Shown: in pieces, positions 55,180 through 64,000 of the stretch | Numbering within the stretch: the stretch's first letter is position 1 | Layout: every line of letters begins with the position of its first letter | Origin: Octopus vulgaris | Taxonomy: Eukaryota | Direction: 5' to 3' | Assembly (NCBI GenBank): GCA_951406725.2 | Contig: OX597816.1 | Coordinates: forward strand, 160,704,001 to 160,768,000 | Length of the DNA stretch: 64,000 bases | Translations under genes and position numbers: made by a program | Notes under the pieces: generated by a model | Database searches by the model: none | What the model saw: only the letters and a program-made list of their open reading frames with translations | Told to the model about the DNA's origin: nothing

Positions 55180-55787
55180 CTTTCTACTATAAGCACAAGG
55201 CCGGAAATTTTTGGTGGTAGTGGGGCAAGTCGATTACATCGATCCCAGTGCTCAGTTAACACTTATTTCATCGACTCCGAAAGGATGAAAGACAAAATCG
55301 ACTTCGGCGGCATTTAAACTCTGAGCGAAATGCCGCTGAGCAATTTGTAAGACACATTAACGATTTAGCGAGATTGCCACCATAATAATGATTTCACATT
55401 TTTGCCACAAGGGCAGTTCGGATGAGGGGATAAAATCGATAACATCAATCTCAGTGCGTAGCTGGTACTTATTTAATCGACCCCGAAAGGATGAAAGGCA
55501 AAGTCAACCTCGGCGGAATTTGAACTCACAACGTAACGGCAGACGAAATACCTATTTCTTTACTACCCACAAGGGGCTAAACACAGAGAGGACAAACAAG
55601 GACAGACAAACGGATTGAGTCGATTACATCGACCCCAGTGCGTAACCGGTACTTAATTTATCGACCCCGAAAGAATGAAAGGCACAGTCAACCTCGGCGG
55701 AATTTGAACCGAGAACGTAACAGCAGACGAAATACTGCTAAGCATTTAAGGCCCGGCGTGCTAACGTCTCTGCCAGCTCGCCGCCCT
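55180..55787 (-). mobile_element. SINE B-related copy plus dimeric SINE B (~55400-55787)
   Basis: Same units and junction as 30300-30883. Confidence 0.86.
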
Positions 55788-56085
55788 TCAAATGATGATG
55801 ATAATGATGATAATGATGATGATAATGATGATGATGATGATGACCAGAAATTACTGTTTCATCAATGTGACTTAACATCTCTGGAGTTACCAAAGCAAAA
55901 CGGAGTCAATCGTATAATTAGGATGCAAAGTAAGAAATTTCATTAATTTAAAATATTATACTCTGTTGCATCTTAGGCGTGTTGGCATTAAAGGATTATA
56001 ATTATCTGATTAATTAATCTTTTACATCATTTTATTTGATGTTGTTTTGTATGATCACGTGCATGAATTTGTGAATTTAGTGATG

Positions 56086-56570
56086 AGGCGCTGGCGTGGC
56101 AGTGTGGTAAGAAGCTGGCTTCCCAGCCACGTGGTTCTGAGTTCAGTCTCACTACGTGGCACCGTGGCACGTTGGGAAGGTGTCTTCCACTATAGCCCCG
56201 TGCCGACCAAAGCATTGTGACGGGATTTGGTTTGATGGAAACTGAAAGAAGCCTGCCTTTTATATATACACGCACACACATATATATCAACACACACACG
56301 CCCGCATGCACGGACGCACACACGCACATACACACACACAGATATATGCATGTGTGCGTGTGTGAGTGTGTGTTTGTGTGTGCGCACGGTGTATGTCTGT
56401 CTTTGTGTTTATGTTCGAGCCCCACCACCGGTTGACAACCGGTGTTGGTGTGTTTACGTCCCCGTAACTTGGCGGTGTGGCAAATTTGGCTTAAAAAAAT
56501 AATAAGCATTGGGGTCGATTCATTCGATCTAAAAATTCTTCAAGGCGGTTCCACAGCATGCCCCCAGACT
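56086..56570 (+). mobile_element. Diverged SINE A
   Basis: Head, internal (CA)/(TG) tract and 3' domain as in 18381. Confidence 0.83.
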
Positions 56571-56695
56571 AATGATAGTGGTATTACCCAATTTCCTACA
56601 CTATTTTCATAACTATTCTGCATTCGAGACTTACTTTATTTTCTATAACATTTCTCTCTCTCTCTCTGAATATAAAATTTATATATATATATTAT

Positions 56696-57043
56696 ATTAT
56701 ATTAAATTAGAGATAAAACCACTATTAGGTAAATCATACAATGAAAAACTTAAGCCAATACATAAGATTAATTAATTTATATTATTTAAATATATATCAA
56801 AATTATTAAAAAAGATAATTAATATAACACTACGACCGTTTCATGGCTGTTCAATTCTTAAAATTTTCGAGTTACAGTCATTCTTCACGTGGTTTAAATA
56901 TTTAACTTGGCGAGGTTTAATCAATGAACCTAATAGTGGTTTTATCTCTAATTTAATATAATATAATATTTTACTATAAAATTGGATTCAATCCTAAATC
57001 TGATTTTTCCCTGTAAGTTTGGATTTATTCTCTAATATTTTAT

Positions 57044-57045
<2 letters not shown>
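56696..57045. mobile_element. (TA)n-bounded foldback element with hammerhead motif (PLE terminal-repeat-like)
   Basis: Terminal ~37 bp inverted at ~56929-56965; HHR 56828-56891(-): CAC GTGAAGA ATGACTGT...ACAGCCAT GAAA CGGTCG TA GTG. Confidence 0.75.
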
Positions 57046-57135
<90 letters not shown>

Positions 57136-57332
57136 TAACCAGCCGAAATTGCAAAGATAGTCTGGAACTCGACTGAAGAAAAAGAAAACTCCGAATGACC
57201 TGTCCTTGTTTTCTTTCTATCTTTCTTGTATCACCTAAATGTCTGTTTTGTGTTTTTGTCCCATTTTGTATTTCATATATATATTAATATGTATATATAT
57301 ATGTATGTACATATGTATGTATGTATGGTATG

Positions 57333-57399
<67 letters not shown>

Positions 57400-57484
57400 A
57401 TATGTATATACAGATGTGTATATCCCTATACCTATCAATTTCTGTTATGACTGAAAAAATTAACTATCTGGTGTGTCTTTACGG

Positions 57485-59353
57485 ATAGTTTCGATATACC
57501 AATGGGAAGCTCTGATTCAGCACAGATAGCTGATTTGGTCTGTATATATATTCTTTTTGAAATGGCTGAAGAGTTCCCTAACATTTATGGAGGTCTATAT
57601 CGTGATGATTGTTTACTTTACCTCCAAAATGTTTCCAACCAAAAGGTATAAAAAGTTAAGAATAGTTTAGTTAATTTTTTCAGTAGAATGGGCTTAAAAA
57701 TCGTTTTTGATGACGATCTGACGAAGGTCAACTTTTTAGATATTACGCTTAATTTACACAGTGACTCTTACTTCCCATATCATAAACCGTTGACCAATCT
57801 TAAGTACATTAGCAAATTTAGTAATCATCCTGGAGCAATTACTAAGAACTTAGTTAAGAATATTTCATTTAGATTATCTAAATTATCTGCTAATGTTGAT
57901 ATTTTCAATAATAACGCTGAATTCTATAACTCTGACTTAATCAAAGCAGCTTATACAGAAAAAATTTTCTACATTGATTCTGCTCAGTCTAATTGTAAAT
58001 TCAATAATGTAGATATGATTTCTAGTCGTAAAAGAATTATTGATAACAAACATAACTTACGCACCGATACAAAGCGAATGAAGGCAGATAACCCTTATTT
58101 AATCCCCTATTATCGATCTAAGAGTAAATATAACACCTTCAAAAGTAATTACGCTATGAATACTAGTAAAAATATTTGGTTAATAATTCCTTACGGGAGA
58201 CAAATTAAATCTAATCTCCCACTGCTGTTTCGTCAAGCTATTGCTAGGAATTTTCCAAACAATTCTAAATATTACTCTATAATTAATTCACATAAGGTTA
58301 GGATAGGTTTTTCAAACACAAAAAATCTCTTGCAAATTATATCTTCTCATAATAACAAACTGTTAAATATTAATACATTTACTAATACTAACATTAATTT
58401 AGCTAATACCATCTAACCCTCTAGAAATATTAATAACAAGGTTATTGTATCTGAAGTCAATTCCAATAGAATTAAATTTATGTCAAGTAACTCTAAGATT
58501 AAAAATTCTATATACCAGTGTATAATCAGTACTCGTAATAAAGTACGATTTTACATTGGAAGCACATCGTTAGAGTTATCTAAAAGAATTTATATCCATT
58601 ACTCAACATTTAGGGATAGAAATAAACGGAATAGTACCGGTCTCAGCAAACTGATTTGGGATTTAAAAGACCACAATGAACAATTTCATTTAGAATGGTT
58701 GATCCTCTCAATTTCGATACCATATGACAAAGGCAAGGAATTCTGTCTTCTCTGCAATTCTGAGCTATTTTTCATTATTTTTTTCTAAAAATACTCTAGT
58801 AAACACGGTTATAGAGCGAGCATACAGATGTAAGCATTGGCAAAAACATACATTTAGTGCATATAAGTAGTCTCTATCATTATATATAATTTAAACTTTA
58901 ATTTCCTTTATATTTAACATTCACTATTAATATCCCTACTCTTTCTGTTAGCTACTTATGACGTTATATCATATAACGTTTTTTTAAACAATATTAATAG
59001 CGTTCTGTCTATCGCTAGACAAATCCATCATTTTTTGCTAAAATGTCGTATTGACGAGTTTCGTTTTTTTCACTTTCCCGAAGAGAAGATTTCATTGTTT
59101 ATACCATTTATTCTTTTGAATAGTATCAGTGGAATTTTCGAAACATGTGTCGAAAGTAAAAATACTTGTTTACACCTGCGTTAACTCCATTTTTTATTCA
59201 TATTATTCAAAATATTCAACGTAAACACGAAGTTTCTACCTTTATAAACAAGGAGTTACAACACCTTTACTTGTGAGATTTTTGCTGCCCTGGTAACTAT
59301 TTATTTATTTTTCCGTGTTAATTGTTAACAAGGTAAAAATACACTCATCTATT

Positions 59354-59360
<7 letters not shown>
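57485..59360 (+). mobile_element. 5'-truncated Penelope-like retroelement: RT core, linker, GIY-YIG, 3' region with HHR
   Basis: FDIPMGSSDSAQIADLV, GLYRDD (57592-57609), VNFLDITLNL, SNHP; ORFs 57688-58416 and 58480-58788 share one frame; SIYQC...FYIGST...CLLC...CKH. Confidence 0.93.
59072..59157 (+). ncRNA. Type-I hammerhead with 13-bp-plus stem II and CCGAAGA core
   Basis: ACTTTC CCGAAGA GAAGATTTCATTG...CAGTGGAATTTTC GAAA CATGTG TC GAAAGT; 6-bp stem I, GUC site. Confidence 0.8.
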
Positions 59361-59399
<39 letters not shown>

Positions 59400-60639
59400 G
59401 TATGTATGTATGTATAACGCTTAAAACAGCGTACATTAGAAAAACGTTATTACATTGACATACCTGAAGGCCTAACTTTGAAAGTAATGATAAGAACGTA
59501 AAATATTCGCTTTTTGATGTGCGAAAAGAGGAGGAATCTTGTGACAGAGCGTTTTACTGTTTGTTTATCACTTCTCGGAGAAGATATACGCGATTTTCTT
59601 CTACAATCGATAACATGCAATATTCAACTTCCACATAAGACAGTAATGGATTTAACTATCACCGCTATGGATAGCATAATTTGCATACGTGCTTTTGACA
59701 ACACGTCAGAAATTAAGTGACATGTTTTATGCACAACACATCATGAATCAAAGGAAGTGAAATAATTTTAACATTAAATTGATTAGCTATTAGCAGAATT
59801 AAAAGAATGCAAATACTTGTATTTCTTTGATATGCGGCAAAAGGAGGGAGGGGCAAAATTACTGATCATTTCGCATTTTTGTTGAACGTTTCTGAAAGAA
59901 GATGCACCTGATTTTCTCCCCCAATCAATAGCAAAGAATATCCGTAGGTACATAGGGCAGTCATAAAGTAAAATAACACTGTAGTGGATAGCACAATTTA
60001 AACGTTTTTGTTGAAACGAGTAGAAAATGAATGATCCTCAAATCTTATATCAAAGTATCTTTCATTTCGATAGCTATTTTGATAAAAAAAAAAACTAGGC
60101 GTTCATCACTCCCAAGCTCCCAAAGGGCTCTCACAGTTTCCTTATTCGCCATTACAAGTATTTTCATGGCTCCACATAATTACTAATCCAATGTTAGGTT
60201 CACCGTCCCTATAATCATGCATACATACATACATACATACATACATACATACATACATACATACATACATACATACATACATACATACATACATACATAC
60301 ATACATACATACATACATACATACTCATTTGGGTGTGTGCATCGACAGCTCAACCAACTCACCGACTCAACCTCATCTTTACAAACACCGGGACCTTTCT
60401 TGACACAACGTTTGTTGTTTTGTCAAGGACCGATCTGAACTCCCTCAAGAACTTAAATAAAACGCAAAGTAAACCATATGCATTAATACATGCATACAAA
60501 GACATGAGTAAATCCATAGATAAATACATATATAAGTACATTAACTAAATACATATATAAATACATACACACATAACATACATACATACATACATACATA
60601 CATACATACATACATACATACATACATACATACATACAT

Positions 60640-61191
60640 GGTGGCTGCCCCCTCGTTATCGAGTGTGGCCATTGCACGAAGCTTAATCAATGTTGTTATC
60701 GTGCAATGCCTGTGCAAGAAGATTTTTTTTAAAGTGAGGAAAGGCTGTGCACTGAGTCAATCCCACTCACTAAGCAACAGCAGCCACAATCCGAAAAGAA
60801 GGGCATGTCAACATCATCGGTAACCACTGAGCCGCAGGTTTTATGTCGGAGTTATCCCAGTTACCTGAGTTACCTTCTCCTAGAAGGATGCCCTAACAAA
60901 GGCTAGGAGTCCTTCACTCCCAATGGTTTAATCGCGCGATCGGGTATTCAGTCCGATTATTTTTATGTCCCCGCGCATGATACAGCCTTAAGACATTTAT
61001 TGGATGGCCGTTGACTCTCAAGAGTTCCTTCGCTCTTTGACGGGTTGTGTTTTTCATCCCGCAGGGTGTCCAATAAACACCCTCCTCAGCAAGCAAGCGT
61101 GATGGGGTTGCCGGTTTAGTCGACGACGACCCGACCATGCAACAGGTTGTACTGGGTTACCTGTTACCAGTAGCACTCGAAAGTGACCTGA
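60640..61191 (-). mobile_element. Non-autonomous RTE-like element (5'UTR-like sequence) between (TACA)n arrays
   Basis: GC-richer block; minus strand TTAGGGCATCCTTCTAGGAGAAGGTAACTC resembles RTE 5'UTR motifs; no coding capacity. Confidence 0.5.
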
Positions 61192-61219
61192 CATACATAC
61201 ATACATACATACATACATA

Positions 61220-61729
61220 CCGTAAATCCTCGAGTATAGTCTGCCCTTGAGTATAATACGCAAGGGATTTTTAGGGGGCTGTACCTCTGAAAAACCTAAA
61301 CCTTGTGTATAATACGCACCCTTCTCTAACTTGAGTCAAGGAAGTCTATATAACGTCCTTGGTTTGTAAAAATGTATACGGTAACGTCCTTTATTATTAT
61401 TGTATATATAACATAATGTAAACGTGTAGCTTTTTTGTGCACTTTGTTAGCAGAAAATAAAGAAATAACAGTAATAACGTTTAATAAATGTTGTTTACTG
61501 CAAGTTATGGATGATTCTTTTATGACTTCATTGTTTTCAGGCTTAACCTGAGGTATTTTCCTGCCCGACATCACAAAATGCATCTGAATAAACATTGCCG
61601 GACAGCAAATAGAGACTCGGACATTGCGTAGAAAATATTTTTCATTTTTAACCTCGTATATAGTACGCACTAGGGATTTTGACCTTTAAATTTTGGGAGA
61701 AAATGCGGATTATACTCGAGGATTTACGG
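61220..61729. mobile_element. Tc1/pogo-type MITE inserted into (TACA)n
   Basis: TA|CCGTAAATCCTCGAGTATA and TATACTCGAGGATTTACGG|TA (19-bp perfect TIR). Confidence 0.88.
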
Positions 61730-61731
61730 TA

Positions 61732-61864
61732 CATATATACGAACAAAAATACCCTGTTGTTGATGTTGTAATTCCAACGAAGGATCCTTGGATCTAGGTT
61801 AGAAACCGGTTCTTTCTCTATTGGCAAGAAATCTTGAAATAAACTGCATAATGACATACATACG
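61732..61864 (+). mobile_element. R4/Dong-like 3' UTR fragment
   Basis: Matches 35294-35400; ends in CATACATAC. Confidence 0.78.
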
Positions 61865-61976
61865 AATTTAAAATGTGACATTGTTTTCGTTATCTACATT
61901 CCAACGACAAAGCTTTGTACCTTTGTTAGAAACCAGCTCCTTCCTCAGAAGAATTTAGATAATTAAAAACAGAAGA

Positions 61977-62017
<41 letters not shown>

Positions 62018-63539
62018 TACATACATACATACATACATACATACATACATACATACATACATACATACATACATGTGTTCTGCAAATTCTATTTGTAAGT
62101 GGAACACTGAAAAAAAACGCAATGCATTTCTAAAATTCAGAATGTAATTCACTCAATGTTTCGCTTGGGTAAAAATTTCAATGATGGGGCTTTTTGTTTC
62201 TTTGTTAAATACAACATCATTTATCCCGAAAGAATTCAAAGAATTAAAAAAGGAAAAAAATAGGCATTTATTCATATGAGTTAGTTGGTGCGTTGGTTCT
62301 GTTAGTGATATAAGATGAAAATCGCCAAGGAGCCACTTAACAGACAATGTAATTCTATGCTTGAGCTGGAAAAGAAAGAAAAGAAGGCAGCCAGTTGTGT
62401 AAAAATTGTTATAGCTGTGTATTTCGACTCGAGAAACACGGTCCTGTTTTTTCTTTTTTTTTTGTATGTGGGTGGCTGGCTGTTCGTCATTATGTTTATT
62501 CGAATAGTTTTGTTTAAAAATCCATACGGTAGCATATGTGTTTGTGCATGTGTATGTTCCCGCATTATGTATATACCCTTGCGTGTGTGTGTGTGTCTGT
62601 GTAGGTGTGCGTATGTGTAAACAACTAAGACACCAGTAAAAGAAATTTTCGTTTTCAACGAAATCAAATCATTTATTGTATTCAGATTTAAATATAAAAT
62701 AGAATGTATTCATTCCTAATCAACATTAATAATCAATGTTTTTGGCATAATTATTTTGTAGCTTTTTTTTTGTCCTTAGTATTTTTTCGGTTGGAGGAGG
62801 GGCGTTTAATCGAACTTTAAGCAATCTTTTTTTCAATAATACTGTCTCTAATTTCTCATGCTCATATTGAACTATCTCACAAAATTATTGAATTCCACTT
62901 TGATTTGATTTAATTATCTGTCATAATTTTTCAATAGCGTATTCTCGTCTGGAGACTGTCCAGGATAGAATGAAAATTTCAATATCATTATCTTTAAGAA
63001 AGTTTTTCTCTAAATTGGCAGAATATTCAAGTGTAAAGCATTATCATTTTGGAACTTTGCCAAAATGGTATAGATAGGGTGTTGTTTAACTCCTTGCCTG
63101 TCAAAAGCATTTTCATAAGTTTGTCCAAAATATCCACGCTTGTTTTCAGACTTCGAGTTAAACCTTATTTCATATACATCATTTACATTATTTACATTAT
63201 TTACAGTTTACGGATATCTGTCCTCATCTTGTTTATTGTTAACATATCCGTTAAATGTAAATAATGTAAATAATGTACATAATTCCTCATCTCTTAAATA
63301 TAGAACTGTCTTATTTCATATGCTCTGAGTAATATAAAGCTCTCCTTTCATAAGTCTCAAGTTATTTTGGTGGTTTATAAAAAATTGTGAATGTGTATCA
63401 TTTATGATGAAACACGAACGCCAGGGAAATATATGCTGTGTGTCACATGTGATGTAAAACACAGCACACAGACAAAGGGTTAAAATGAAACCAAATATAT
63501 AATACATTTTAATAAAATATTTTCTGCATTTCCTGTAGG

Positions 63540-63945
<406 letters not shown>

Positions 63946-63951
63946 GTATAC

Positions 63952-64000
<49 letters not shown>

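Overview
AT-rich, microsatellite-saturated eukaryotic non-coding DNA (intergenic or intronic). The SINE families, R4/Dong-like and RTE-like remnants and the (TA)n/(TACA)n/(GATA)n load suggest an octopus or other coleoid cephalopod; this is an inference from repeat recognition. I can support no intact host gene, and nearly all ORFs in the track are microsatellite translations. The window is a mosaic of decayed mobile elements: four Penelope-like (PLE) RT/GIY-YIG remnants, mariner, Tc1 and maT (DD37D) transposase remnants, several TA- or 8-bp-TSD MITEs, non-autonomous Helitrons, at least four tRNA-derived SINE types, and RTE and R4/Dong LINE ends. The most notable signal is more than a dozen minimal type-I hammerhead ribozyme (HHR) motifs: CUGANGA...GAAA, a short palindromic stem III and an NUH site. 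Some lie downstream of the PLE ORFs, others in short (TA)n-bounded, often inverted-duplicated non-coding pieces. Some carry a very long stem II and a recurring CCGANGA core. The PLE-HHR association itself is established; the density, variant core and foldback mini-elements deserve follow-up. All coordinates and alignments were read by eye.
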